Below are positions 15,290-23,891 of a stretch of DNA of 31,656 bases, one piece after another. The DNA is taken from IMG/VR virus record IMGVR_UViG_3300027892_000003. One strand, given 5' to 3'. Position 1 is the first letter of the stretch; each line of letters opens with the position of its first letter. The notes beneath the pieces are model-generated. The model saw only the letters and a program-made list of their open reading frames with translations, did not search any database and was not told the origin of the DNA. A program made the translations under genes and the position numbers. This DNA comes from a virus.

Positions 15290-15293
15290 TCAC

Positions 15294-15707
15294 ATGGCAA
15301 ACGATCCAACTGCCGCAATCGCTGCGGCGGTTTTCGCACGCCTGGCCGGCATCACATACACCGAAGGCGGCGTGACGCTTGCGGTGCCGGTTTACCAGCG
15401 TGCGCCCGATGAAGTGCTGCCGGCAATCGTGGTTGTCGATGGCGTGGATTTGCAGCCCAGCGAGAGCAAGGACGCCACCCCGCGCCGCGCCAGTGTGAGC
15501 ATCGTTACGATCTACCGTGGCCGCAGCAAGCCCAGCGCGCAGGCCATCGTGGGCAGGGTGTTCAACCTTCTGGAAGGCCACAAGCTGACAGTTGCCGGGT
15601 TTTCCGTGTCCGAGTGCAGGCTGCAAGCAAGCGGCGTTGGTGAAGAAGTGACCGATGCCAACCTTGTGCATGTTGGTCGGCAAACCTTTGATCTAATTAT
15701 TCTTTAA
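15294..15707 (+). CDS. Tail terminator-like protein (DUF3168-like)
   Basis: ATG 15294 lies just after the upstream TGA (15287..15289). 137 aa, positioned just before the major tail protein. The N-terminus AAIAAAVFARLAGI... resembles the DUF3168 family. Confidence 0.6.
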   Translation: MANDPTAAIAAAVFARLAGITYTEGGVTLAVPVYQRAPDEVLPAIVVVDGVDLQPSESKDATPRRASVSIVTIYRGRSKPSAQAIVGRVFNLLEGHKLTVAGFSVSECRLQASGVGEEVTDANLVHVGRQTFDLIIL

Positions 15708-15719
15708 GGAGCGTCACTC

Positions 15720-16136
15720 ATGGCCAAGCTGTCATCTAACGATTACCGCGTTTTCATCGACACTGCGTCTGTCTTTAGCGCCGTTGGCGGCCAGATCAGC
15801 ACGACTGTGGATCGCGGCGAGACTTCGTTCAGCGCCATCGACAAGGCGTCTGTCGTTGAAGTGACGGGCCGTGCGATGCGTAACTACAGCGTTGCGCTGG
15901 AATACCGCCCCGATCTGCCAGACACGGCGGGTCATTCGCGCCTCGAAACTGTTTACGCCAGCGGCGCGGCCATTGGCGTTCAAGTCCGCAAGTCACCTTT
16001 TGCCGTGGGTGACGTGGTGTTTGCCTGCTCCATGCGGGTGGCAAGCATGAACACCGGCAGCCCACTGAACGATGTGAACACGATCAACGCGGCATTCACG
16101 CCGGTTGCTGCCCCCACCACTGACACGCTGGCATAA
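15720..16136 (+). CDS. Major tail (tube) protein, paralog 1
   Basis: AAGGAG RBS. 138 aa. It lies between the tail terminator and chaperone genes, and its size and pattern resemble GTA/TP901-1-type tube proteins. Confidence 0.8.
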   Translation: MAKLSSNDYRVFIDTASVFSAVGGQISTTVDRGETSFSAIDKASVVEVTGRAMRNYSVALEYRPDLPDTAGHSRLETVYASGAAIGVQVRKSPFAVGDVVFACSMRVASMNTGSPLNDVNTINAAFTPVAAPTTDTLA

Positions 16137-16148
16137 GGAGCTTTTGCA

Positions 16149-16565
16149 ATGGCTAAACTTTCATCAAACGAATATCGCGTGCGCGTTGACAGCGCCACGC
16201 CTGGCACCTTTGCCGAGGTCGCTGGCCAGATCAGCGTTACGCTGGATCGCGGCGAAACCTCGTTCAGCACTATCGACAAGTCTGCGGTGGTTGAAACCAC
16301 CGGGCGCGCGATGCGCAACTACAGCCTGTCGCTTGAGTATCGCCCCGATCTGCCCGATGCGGCAGGCCACACGCGCCTTGAAACGATCTTTGCCAGCGGT
16401 GCGGCCACGGTCATTCAGGTGGTCAAGACCGGCACGCCTACGGTGGTTTTCGCCTGCTCAATGCGCGTTGCGTCGATGAACACCGGCAGCCCGCTGAATG
16501 ACGTGAACACCATCAATGTTGCGTTCACGCCTGTCGCTGCGCCGTCCACCGATGTGCTGGTCTAA
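16149..16565 (+). CDS. Major tail (tube) protein, paralog 2 (tandem duplicate)
   Basis: AAGGAG RBS. 138 aa, and by eye roughly 70 to 75 percent identical to the 15720..16136 product. Both start MAKLSSN and both end ...VVFACSMRVASMNTGSPLNDVNTIN.AFTPVAAP.TD.L. Confidence 0.8.
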   Translation: MAKLSSNEYRVRVDSATPGTFAEVAGQISVTLDRGETSFSTIDKSAVVETTGRAMRNYSLSLEYRPDLPDAAGHTRLETIFASGAATVIQVVKTGTPTVVFACSMRVASMNTGSPLNDVNTINVAFTPVAAPSTDVLV

Positions 16566-16568
16566 CCA

Positions 16569-16829
16569 GTGATTGATAAGCTGGGCCGCGCGCCTTCAGG
16601 CTATGCCGATGCGGTGCTGGATCGCATCGGCACCACCCCGCGCGATGCACTGACCGGCCCGCTGCCGCCAGGCTTTGGCGTCATGGCCGCAATCGCTGCG
16701 CCGCTGCTTCGTCACAAGGCCACCGTTCCTGAACTGGCCAGCGCAATGGCGGCAGAGGCGGGCGAATGGACGTGGCGCGCGGCGCTGCTTGATGCAATCG
16801 CAACCAACGAAACGGTGATTGATGACTGA
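16569..16829 (+). CDS. Hypothetical protein in the tail module
   Basis: GTG start 3 nt after the upstream TAA. GC-rich third codon positions. No motif. Confidence 0.45.
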   Translation: MIDKLGRAPSGYADAVLDRIGTTPRDALTGPLPPGFGVMAAIAAPLLRHKATVPELASAMAAEAGEWTWRAALLDAIATNETVIDD

Positions 16830-17235
16830 GCCAAACACACGCGGCGAAGTGACAATTGATCTGGACGCCACCTATGTGATGCGCCCGTCTTATGAAGCCA
16901 TTGAGGCGATTGAGACGGCGACCGGGCGCGGTGTGGTGGCGCTGGTCAATCTGGCGGCACAGGGCGAACTGAGCCTGAAAAACGCCGCCATCATCGTGAC
17001 TGAGTGCATCCGCGCATGGGGCAAGCAGCAGGCGGCAAACGGCAACGATCAGCCCGAAGCGCGTTCAGCAACTGGCGCACGGCCTGAAAAGGTGGCGCGG
17101 CTGATCCACGAACATGGGCTGGTGCAGGCCACCGAGCGTTGCGCCATTGTGCTGATGGCAGCCGCGACCGGCGGCGTGACGGCATCGGGGGAGTGGAAGC
17201 CGGTGACGGAAACGGCGACCCCCGTCGCCGGCTGA
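16822..17235 (+). CDS. Tail assembly chaperone (GTA gp10-like, Phage_TAC_11)
   Basis: GEVTIDLDATYVMRPSYEAIEAIETATGRGVVALVNLAAQGELSLKNAAIIVTECI matches the GTA gp10-type pattern (GEV.L.L.G..Y.LRPSF.AL..IE...G.....L......G.LSL.D...). It lies upstream of the tape measure gene. Confidence 0.7.
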   Translation: MTEPNTRGEVTIDLDATYVMRPSYEAIEAIETATGRGVVALVNLAAQGELSLKNAAIIVTECIRAWGKQQAANGNDQPEARSATGARPEKVARLIHEHGLVQATERCAIVLMAAATGGVTASGEWKPVTETATPVAG

Positions 17236-17348
17236 TGGGCATCTGGACGGCAGTGTTTCATCTGCCTCCGTCGTCGTTCTGGCAGGCCACCCCGCATGAG
17301 GCGTGGGCCGCGCTGGAAATCCATAAAGAAATCAACGCACCGAGGTGA
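17235..17348 (+). CDS. Small tail chaperone-like ORF (DUF2376 / Phage_TAC_6-like); may be expressed as a -1 frameshift extension
   Basis: LPPSSFWQATPHEAWAALE resembles the L.P.EFW.LTP.EL motif of DUF2376. The ATG overlaps the upstream TGA (TGATG). The frame stays open upstream to 17139. Confidence 0.5.
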   Translation: MGIWTAVFHLPPSSFWQATPHEAWAALEIHKEINAPR

Positions 17349-17351
17349 TGC

Positions 17352-19286
17352 ATGGCTGAAGATGTGCAGCGCCTGCTTTTGCAGATTGACGCCAGCGCCA
17401 CCCTGTTGCGGCAGGAAGTCACCAAGGCGCGCAACGATATTGATGGCTTTGCTTCCGGTGCCGAACGCCGCCTATCTGGGTTAGAAGGCGCATTTTCTGG
17501 CCTTGGTCGTGGGGCAGGGGTGGCTGCCCGTGCGCTTGGTGGCATGGCGGGGGGCTTTTTGGCTGTAGGTCAAGCCGCCGCTCTTGCTGTGAATGCTACC
17601 CGCGAAATGCAACGTCTAACTGCGCAGCTTGAAGTTGCGACGGGCAGTAGTGCGGCAGCGGGCGCAGCATTCAATGACCTAACTAAGTTTGCCGCAGAAA
17701 CACCCTATACGCTGGCACAGGTAACTGAGGCTTACATTAAGCTGAAAAACCTTGGCATTGACCCAACAGAAGAACGCCTTCGTTCGTTTGGTAACACCAG
17801 CGCGGCGATGGGTAAGGATTTGATGCAGTTTATTGAGGCTGTCGCTGACGCCTCAACCGGCGAGTTCGAACGTCTAAAAGAGTTTGGCATCCGCGCCAGC
17901 AAGGAAGGCGACAAGGTGCGCTTTACCTTCCAAGGCGTGACCAAAGAGGTTCAGTTTAACGCCAACGCCATCACAAACTATCTTGAGGAAATCGGTCGCA
18001 CCAAGTTTGGCGATGCTATGGCGAAGCAGGCCGCTACGATTGATGGCAAACTATCAAATCTTGAAGATGCTACTGCCAAACTAGGCCGCGCGCTGGGCGG
18101 TCTTGGGATCGGCAACGCAACAGGCGCAGGGATTCAATTTCTTACTAACCTGATTAATGACGCCGCCGATGCAACAAAAGGGCTAGGCGATGGGCTAACA
18201 ACGTTGGCAAAAGCTGCGGCTGAGTTGTTTGACCGCGCAGCGGGTGTTGACGCCCCTCGCCAGCGTGGCCCGTCTGCCGAAACTATAGCGGAACGCCGCA
18301 AACGTGAAGAAGGCGTTATTCAGCAATTACCGCGCGGCAGCGCCATTCGCGGCCAGATGGAGGACGAATACCGCACACGCTATGGCCTAAACGCTGATGC
18401 TGCGCTGTTTGAAGAACCTGAAATTGAAGTTGCGTTTAGCCGCAGCAAATTTGCCAAACGGGAAGCCGCCGCCAACAAGGCGAGGATAGCAACGGAAAAG
18501 GCAACGCGGGACGCGCTGAACAATCGCCGCAAAGGCATGACTAACCGCATTGATGTGCTAGAAAGCCTAGGGCTTTCGCCAGAGACAACAAGGCGCGAAA
18601 CTCAACTGGTTAAAGATCAATTTGAGGGCAAGCCAGTTGACTTTGCGACTCGCGCTGTTCGTGGCGATTTCGACAGTCCTATTAGTGATCCCGTTCAAGC
18701 GTTTATGCAGGCACAAATGCCGATTGCACAAATTAAGGTCGATATGACCGCAATCGAAAAGTCTGTGGCTGGCATTAGCTCAGTGAAGTTGATCAGCGCA
18801 GAGTCGGTAGCGTTTGCCGATGATTTTTCCAAAAACCTTACAAGCGGGCTTTCGCAGGCGATTATCTACGGCCAGAGCCTTGGCGATGCGCTGGTAAACA
18901 GCATCAAAGCCGCTGCTGCGGAATTGGTTGCGTCTGGGCTGCTAAATCTGCTGTCAGGTGGGAAGCGTGGCACTAGCTTTGGCGACAGCCTGAGCGCGCT
19001 GGGTAGCATCTTTGGCGGTGCGCGCGAAACCGGCGGCAGCGTCATGCCGGGCAAAGCCTATGTGGTCGGCGAAAAGCGCCCTGAATTGTTTGTGCCATCA
19101 AGCGCCGGTTACATCATGCCGCGTGTGCCGAGCGGGCAGGGCGGCGGCGGGCAGCAGTCGGTAAACGTGACGGTCAATCCGTCGCCGCTGTTCATCACCA
19201 CGGTGGCGCAAGGCGCACAGGCGGCAGCACAAGAGACGCTGCGCAAATCCACGCGCCAGCGGATGCCCATGTCGGCGGGGGTGTAA
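17352..19286 (+). CDS. Tail tape measure protein
   Basis: 644 aa, Ala/Gly-rich and helical. It carries the tape-measure N-terminal domain motif FAAETPYTLAQVTEAYIKLKNLGIDPTEERLRSFGNTSAAMGKDLMQFIEAVADASTGEFERLKEFGIRA. Confidence 0.9.
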   Translation: MAEDVQRLLLQIDASATLLRQEVTKARNDIDGFASGAERRLSGLEGAFSGLGRGAGVAARALGGMAGGFLAVGQAAALAVNATREMQRLTAQLEVATGSSAAAGAAFNDLTKFAAETPYTLAQVTEAYIKLKNLGIDPTEERLRSFGNTSAAMGKDLMQFIEAVADASTGEFERLKEFGIRASKEGDKVRFTFQGVTKEVQFNANAITNYLEEIGRTKFGDAMAKQAATIDGKLSNLEDATAKLGRALGGLGIGNATGAGIQFLTNLINDAADATKGLGDGLTTLAKAAAELFDRAAGVDAPRQRGPSAETIAERRKREEGVIQQLPRGSAIRGQMEDEYRTRYGLNADAALFEEPEIEVAFSRSKFAKREAAANKARIATEKATRDALNNRRKGMTNRIDVLESLGLSPETTRRETQLVKDQFEGKPVDFATRAVRGDFDSPISDPVQAFMQAQMPIAQIKVDMTAIEKSVAGISSVKLISAESVAFADDFSKNLTSGLSQAIIYGQSLGDALVNSIKAAAAELVASGLLNLLSGGKRGTSFGDSLSALGSIFGGARETGGSVMPGKAYVVGEKRPELFVPSSAGYIMPRVPSGQGGGGQQSVNVTVNPSPLFITTVAQGAQAAAQETLRKSTRQRMPMSAGV

Positions 19287-19287
19287 A

Positions 19288-19908
19288 ATGGCAATTATCG
19301 ACTTTCCCGCTGGCATCCCCCTGCGCGCCGTCAACTGGCGGCAATCGGGCGGCGTTGTCCGCAACCGCAGCGAGTTCACCGGCAAGACGCGCGAACTGCG
19401 CATTGGGCCGAGCGCAAGGTGGACGTGCGATCTGGATTTCGTGCCGACGAACAGCGTAAGCGCGCTGAACCTCTTGCGCGAGTTCCTGGCTGATATGGCG
19501 CAGCCCGGTGATGGGTTCCGCCTGCAAGCTGTTGAAGCCGCGCAGGCTGTCTCTCCGGTGCCGGTGACGTGCCTGGTCAATGGTGCCAACCAGCTTGGGC
19601 AAACGCTCAATCTGGATGGCCTGCAAGCCAGCGTTACGAATCTCCCTGCCGGTGCGATGATCTCTGTCCCGATCACGACCGATGACCGACAGCTATTCGT
19701 GCTGCGCAGCGCCTTGACCGCCAATGCCAGCGGGCAGGCGGCGGCAACGCTGGCAACCCCCTTGCGCGGCCCACCGGCTGACAACGCTGTGGTGCAGATT
19801 CATTTTCCGGTTGCGGCCATGCGGCTGAGTGACAGCGCAATCAACTGGGCCGTGTCGCCGGGCGGCGTCTATGACTTCCAGCGTTTGACGGCAGAGGAGT
19901 TTTTCTGA
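19288..19908 (+). CDS. Minor tail / distal tail protein
   Basis: First ORF after the tape measure gene, 206 aa, tightly packed. Called by position; no named motif. Confidence 0.55.
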   Translation: MAIIDFPAGIPLRAVNWRQSGGVVRNRSEFTGKTRELRIGPSARWTCDLDFVPTNSVSALNLLREFLADMAQPGDGFRLQAVEAAQAVSPVPVTCLVNGANQLGQTLNLDGLQASVTNLPAGAMISVPITTDDRQLFVLRSALTANASGQAAATLATPLRGPPADNAVVQIHFPVAAMRLSDSAINWAVSPGGVYDFQRLTAEEFF

Positions 19909-20537
19909 TGCCGTTGGTTGATGCCACGCTGACAGCCACGCCAAACTCGGCCATCCTTTTCTTTGCTGACTTCGTTGATCTGCCGTTGCGCGGTGCCTAT
20001 GCGCCTTGCCCGATCCATGTGCCAACCGGCCTCACTGATAGCGACAGCGATTGCGCCGGCTTCACGTTTGACGTGATCGACAGCAAGGTGTTGCAAGTTG
20101 GCAATGTCAGTCACGATGACGGCGGCAGCGACACGCTTGGCTTCACGCTGCAAGCTGACCCTGCCGACACCGCGCTCATGTCAGCCATTGAAAACCCGGC
20201 GCTTTATGCTGGCCGGCGCGTGAGGGTGTGGCTGGCAATCTACAACACAGCAACCGTGACCAGCGGCGGCGCGACCGTTACTGAACTGCGCCCGCTTTAT
20301 CGGGGCTACATGGCGCAGCCGTCACAAGACGCAGACGCAGGCACCTATGTCATCACTATGTCGGCAGAGAATTATCTGTCGCTGTTAAGTGGCGCGCAGA
20401 ACCGCACTTATGTGCAGTCCAACCTTTACGATGCCGGCGATCTGTCCGGTGCGGTGCGCATGTCTGGCACCACGCCGGGGATGCCGGGTGGTGGCGGCAA
20501 CTTCCCGCAATGGGACGCTAGGGAGCGCGAACTGTGA
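19908..20537 (+). CDS. Minor tail / tail-tip protein
   Basis: TGATG coupling. 209 aa, second ORF after the tape measure gene. Called by position. Confidence 0.5.
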   Translation: MPLVDATLTATPNSAILFFADFVDLPLRGAYAPCPIHVPTGLTDSDSDCAGFTFDVIDSKVLQVGNVSHDDGGSDTLGFTLQADPADTALMSAIENPALYAGRRVRVWLAIYNTATVTSGGATVTELRPLYRGYMAQPSQDADAGTYVITMSAENYLSLLSGAQNRTYVQSNLYDAGDLSGAVRMSGTTPGMPGGGGNFPQWDAREREL

Positions 20538-20956
20538 GGCTGTCCACCCGTCACCCTGATTGGGAGCCGCGCCTTGCCGCGTGCGTCGAGGATTGGACGG
20601 CGCGCGAATACAGCTTTGCTTGGGGCTGCGATTGCGTGGCCTTCGTGCTGGCCGGCATTGAGGCGGTTGCAGATGAGCGGCTGACCTTTGACGGTGCCAC
20701 GCCTTACCGCAGCGCAGCGGGGCAAGGGCGCTGGCTCAAGGAGATGGGCTGGGGTTCACTGCTTGATGCTGCTGATGCCACGCTAGGGTCTCGCATTGGC
20801 CCGTTGCAGGCGCACCGAGGTGACGTGATCAGCGACGGCAGCGCGCTTGGCCTGATGACAGCAGCCGGGCCGCTTGTGTTCAGCGAGGGCGGCATGGTGG
20901 CGATTGAACGCGGCAGCATTGTGGCCGCTTGGCCGGTGGGGCGCTCCGATGGGTAA
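20534..20956 (+). CDS. Tail-associated NlpC/P60-like peptidase (GTA g14-like)
   Basis: FAWGCDCVAFVLAGI (Cys) and LQAHRGDVI (His) are spaced as in small phage NlpC/P60 proteins that precede J-like genes. GTGA coupling. Confidence 0.55.
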   Translation: MRLSTRHPDWEPRLAACVEDWTAREYSFAWGCDCVAFVLAGIEAVADERLTFDGATPYRSAAGQGRWLKEMGWGSLLDAADATLGSRIGPLQAHRGDVISDGSALGLMTAAGPLVFSEGGMVAIERGSIVAAWPVGRSDG

Positions 20957-23627
20957 GGCGGTCAAAGCCATTGTCGGCATTGCCATCACTGCGGTTGGCT
21001 TTGTAACCGGCAACGCCGCGCTGTTCCTCGCCGGCCTTTCAATTACGCAGAGCGGCCTCAAACAGGCGCTTGGCCCCTCTGTAAGGTCAACGCTCACCCC
21101 GTTTGACCCAAAGAGCATTAACCCTGATCCGGCATCACCGCGCAAACTGGTCTTTGGCCAGACCACGTTCCCGGTCGATCTGCGTTATGCCGAGCCAAGC
21201 GGCACCAATCAGGAATATATCGATTACATCTTTGCCCTGGCCGCGCACAAATCGGACGCCATCAGCGAAATCTACATTGAGGATGATCTTGCATGGACAG
21301 TGGGCGGGGGCGCTCAAGGCAAATACGTTGGTTATCTGACTGTCGAGGTCATTCTAGAAGCCGGCAGCGGCGCATATCACACCGTGAACGCCGGGACGAT
21401 CTGGGGCAGCAGCACGCGGATGACGGGCTGCACCACAATGAAGGTGCGCGTGAAGCGCAGCGACAACAGCAAGACAAGCCAATCACCGTTTAGCAGCGGA
21501 ATCAATGGGCGTTGGGCTGTCATCGGGCGCGGCATTCCGGTTTATGATCCGGCGCTTGACAGCACCGTGCCGTATGGGCCGACATTAAATTTAGACTTTA
21601 TTAACCAGACTTACGCTGCCGGTAGTGGCACACAGCGCGCCGCCAATCAAACCACATGGGCTTACACCGCAGGCACAGCGCGCGGCAACAATCCGGCGCT
21701 GCAACTGCTTACATATCTGTTGGGCTGGCGCATTGGCGGCGTTGTGTCGGTCGGCTGCGGCCTGCCTGTTGATACGATTGATTTGCCATCGTTCGCCATC
21801 GCTGCTGCGTTGTGCGATGAAAGCGTTGCGCTTGCCGCTGGTGGTTCGCAGCGCCGCTATGAAGCGGGCCGCGCCTTTGCTGACAGTGATGATCCGCTGG
21901 CCGTGATCCGCACGCTGCTGGACGCCATGAACGGCGAACTGGTTGATGACGGCGGTCGGCTTTCGCTGCGGCTTGCAGTCAACGATCTGACGCCTTCGTT
22001 CACAATTACCGATGATGATTTTGTCAGCGGCTATTCGTGGAAGCCTGCCGCACCGATTGAGCAACAACACACCGTGGTGCGTGGCCGTTACAGCGCACCA
22101 GGCGCAACTCTGTATGGCTTGGTAGATTATCCCGAAGTCGCCATTGCGCGCACGTCGATTGCCCCGCGTCCGCTGACCCTTGAACTTAGCGCCGTTCAAG
22201 ACCCGCGCCGTGCCGAGCGCATCGCCAAACAAGCGGCCCAGCGCAACCTCTATCAAGGCACGTTCGCCGTCACGCTAGGCGTGCGTGGCTGGTTGCTGCG
22301 GCGCAACATGGTGGTTGCTGTAACATCGTATGCGCGCGGGTGGACGGCCAAGCTGTTCCGCGTCCGGTCGCTGGGCTTCAATGCAGACGCGACGGTTGAG
22401 GTTGTGCTGCGGGAAGAAAATGCGGCCATCTATGCGTGGTCGGCCAGCGAGAGCGCACAGGTCACGCCGGTCGCGCCCGTCGTGTTTGACAGCCGGGCGG
22501 CTGCAAGCTGGCTGATGGCGGATATTGAGCCTGGTGCAGATGTTACTAGCGCCAACACTTCCGCCAACAGCAACGCGCTGGGCGGCACGCCAGCGGCAAC
22601 GGTGGCAACAAACATCACCACCGCCGGAACCACTGCGCTCTGGCCAAGTGTCACCGGCACAGGCCGCCCTGCTGATTATGCGGATGTGACCGCCGATGCG
22701 CTGGTGACGCTGCGCCGGGGTGATTGGCAATCCGGCGTCACCTATCTGCGCGGGCAAAGCGTGGTGCGCAACCGCAGCAGTTATGTGTCGCTGGTGAATC
22801 ACAGCAGCAGTGCCGGCAACGGCCCGCCCGGCGCAAACTGGGGCCTGGTCGCCGATGGGGGCGTTGATGGCACAAACGGCACGAACGGGGCAAATGGTGC
22901 GCCTGGGGCCAACGGCACTAACGGCACGAACGGGACGCCCGGAACCAATGGCATTGACGGCATTGACGGCATAGACGGAAAGCTGGTTGAATTTATCTGG
23001 CGGCGCGCGGCGTCGGTTCCTGCCACGCCCACAGGCAACGGCATCCCGGCAGGCTGGAGCGACAACCCGCCCGCTGGCAGCGATCCGCTGTGGATGAGCC
23101 GAGGCAAACAGGAACTTGATGGCACGCTGATCGGCACATGGTCTGCGCCGATCCGCCATGATGGCCCGCCTGGTGCAACAGGTGCAACCGGGCCTGCTGG
23201 GGCCAACGGCGCAAATGGTGCGCCCGGCGCAACTGGTGCAACAGGCGCAACTGGCGCGCAAGGGCCAACCGGCGTTGCAGCTCCTCCGATCAAATCACTC
23301 TCAACCGGCGCGGCACAGCTTGACCCGATCCGCTTGGTGAATGGCCAGACGGTGACGGCAGCGGCTGAACTCTATCTCAACACTGGCGGCGTGTCTGGCG
23401 TGTGCAGCTTAACATTGCAGATCAGTGAATCCGGCGCGGGCAGTTGGGCGACGATGACCAGCGGCACTGTGACCGACAGCCAGCCCACCAGTGAGGCGGT
23501 TGAACTAGTGATCACGGGCGCAACCTTCACCAACAGCGGCGCAGATCGGCTGTTTGATATTCGCGCAATCTCCACGCGGCAGTCTCGTTCAGTGAACGTG
23601 CCGCTGTCCTATGTGCGAGTGATTTGA
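20949..23627 (+). CDS. Host specificity / central tail fibre protein (J-like) with collagen-like repeats
   Basis: 892 aa from ATG 20949. Hydrophobic N-terminal segment (AIVGIAITAVGFVTGNAALFLAGL). J-like core (FGQTTFPVDLRYAEPSG...YIFALAAHKSDAISEIYIEDD). CBM5/12-like motif (WQSGVTYLRGQSVVRNRSSYVSLVNH...PPGANW). Two Gly-X-Y blocks. Confidence 0.85.
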   Translation: MGKAVKAIVGIAITAVGFVTGNAALFLAGLSITQSGLKQALGPSVRSTLTPFDPKSINPDPASPRKLVFGQTTFPVDLRYAEPSGTNQEYIDYIFALAAHKSDAISEIYIEDDLAWTVGGGAQGKYVGYLTVEVILEAGSGAYHTVNAGTIWGSSTRMTGCTTMKVRVKRSDNSKTSQSPFSSGINGRWAVIGRGIPVYDPALDSTVPYGPTLNLDFINQTYAAGSGTQRAANQTTWAYTAGTARGNNPALQLLTYLLGWRIGGVVSVGCGLPVDTIDLPSFAIAAALCDESVALAAGGSQRRYEAGRAFADSDDPLAVIRTLLDAMNGELVDDGGRLSLRLAVNDLTPSFTITDDDFVSGYSWKPAAPIEQQHTVVRGRYSAPGATLYGLVDYPEVAIARTSIAPRPLTLELSAVQDPRRAERIAKQAAQRNLYQGTFAVTLGVRGWLLRRNMVVAVTSYARGWTAKLFRVRSLGFNADATVEVVLREENAAIYAWSASESAQVTPVAPVVFDSRAAASWLMADIEPGADVTSANTSANSNALGGTPAATVATNITTAGTTALWPSVTGTGRPADYADVTADALVTLRRGDWQSGVTYLRGQSVVRNRSSYVSLVNHSSSAGNGPPGANWGLVADGGVDGTNGTNGANGAPGANGTNGTNGTPGTNGIDGIDGIDGKLVEFIWRRAASVPATPTGNGIPAGWSDNPPAGSDPLWMSRGKQELDGTLIGTWSAPIRHDGPPGATGATGPAGANGANGAPGATGATGATGAQGPTGVAAPPIKSLSTGAAQLDPIRLVNGQTVTAAAELYLNTGGVSGVCSLTLQISESGAGSWATMTSGTVTDSQPTSEAVELVITGATFTNSGADRLFDIRAISTRQSRSVNVPLSYVRVI
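22860..22979 (+). repeat. Collagen-like Gly-X-Y block 1 (13 triplets; ends in 3 x ggcattgac-type 9-bp repeats)
   Basis: GVDGTNGTNGANGAPGANGTNGTNGTPGTNGIDGIDGIDG, read from codons in frame with 20949. Confidence 0.9.
23163..23279 (+). repeat. Collagen-like Gly-X-Y block 2 (13 triplets)
   Basis: GPPGATGATGPAGANGANGAPGATGATGATGAQGPTGVA, read from codons in frame. Confidence 0.9.
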
Positions 23628-23687
23628 CGCAGTTACCGACCATGAAAGGTGCAGCGCGGCGCACCTATCCACAACATGGAGAGCGCG

Positions 23688-23891
23688 ATGACGGCACAGC
23701 CCAGCCATGCCGATTTGGCAGTCTCAATTGCGCGCTTGGAAGAACGCCTCGATGCGCTTGACGCCAAGATCACGCCGGTCAGCGAGGTCTATCAAGCGGC
23801 GAAAGTGGGCGGCAATTTGCTGAAATGGCTGGTGGGTATGCTGGCAGCCATTGCGGGGATTGCGGCGTTTATTTGGGGTGCGCCCAAGTGA
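23688..23891 (+). CDS. Small coiled-coil protein with a C-terminal transmembrane helix
   Basis: GGAGAG RBS before ATG 23688. Coiled-coil segment LAVSIARLEERLDALDAKI, then hydrophobic segment LLKWLVGMLAAIAGIAAFIWG. Confidence 0.55.
   Translation: MTAQPSHADLAVSIARLEERLDALDAKITPVSEVYQAAKVGGNLLKWLVGMLAAIAGIAAFIWGAPK

Noticed and set aside
17139-17235. A canonical X_XXY_YYZ slippery heptamer for the tail chaperone frameshift.
   Set aside because: I scanned the overlap codon by codon in the zero frame and found none. Only a G5 run is present, so the frameshift stays a low-confidence hypothesis (listed under findings) and is not annotated as a feature.
21583-21612. A CtrA box (TTAA-N7-TTAAC) or internal promoter in the AT-rich island of the J-like gene, with a similar look at 31401..31414.
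   Set aside because: The TTAA half-sites are 12 nt apart in the J gene and 5 nt apart near 31401, not 7. Neither matches the consensus spacing.
22860-23279. A diversity-generating retroelement or phase-variable cassette acting on the tail fibre repeats.
   Set aside because: No reverse transcriptase gene exists anywhere in the genome, and there is no template/variable repeat pair with adenine-specific differences. The two blocks are ordinary collagen-like Gly-X-Y coding repeats with different sequences.
23665-23673. A near-consensus DnaA box (CTATCCACA) upstream of ORF 23688, as a possible target of the DnaA-domain-IV-like protein.
   Set aside because: It is a single isolated 8/9 match with no cluster, which is expected by chance in 31 kb on two strands. 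Worth a computational scan but not supportable as a site.
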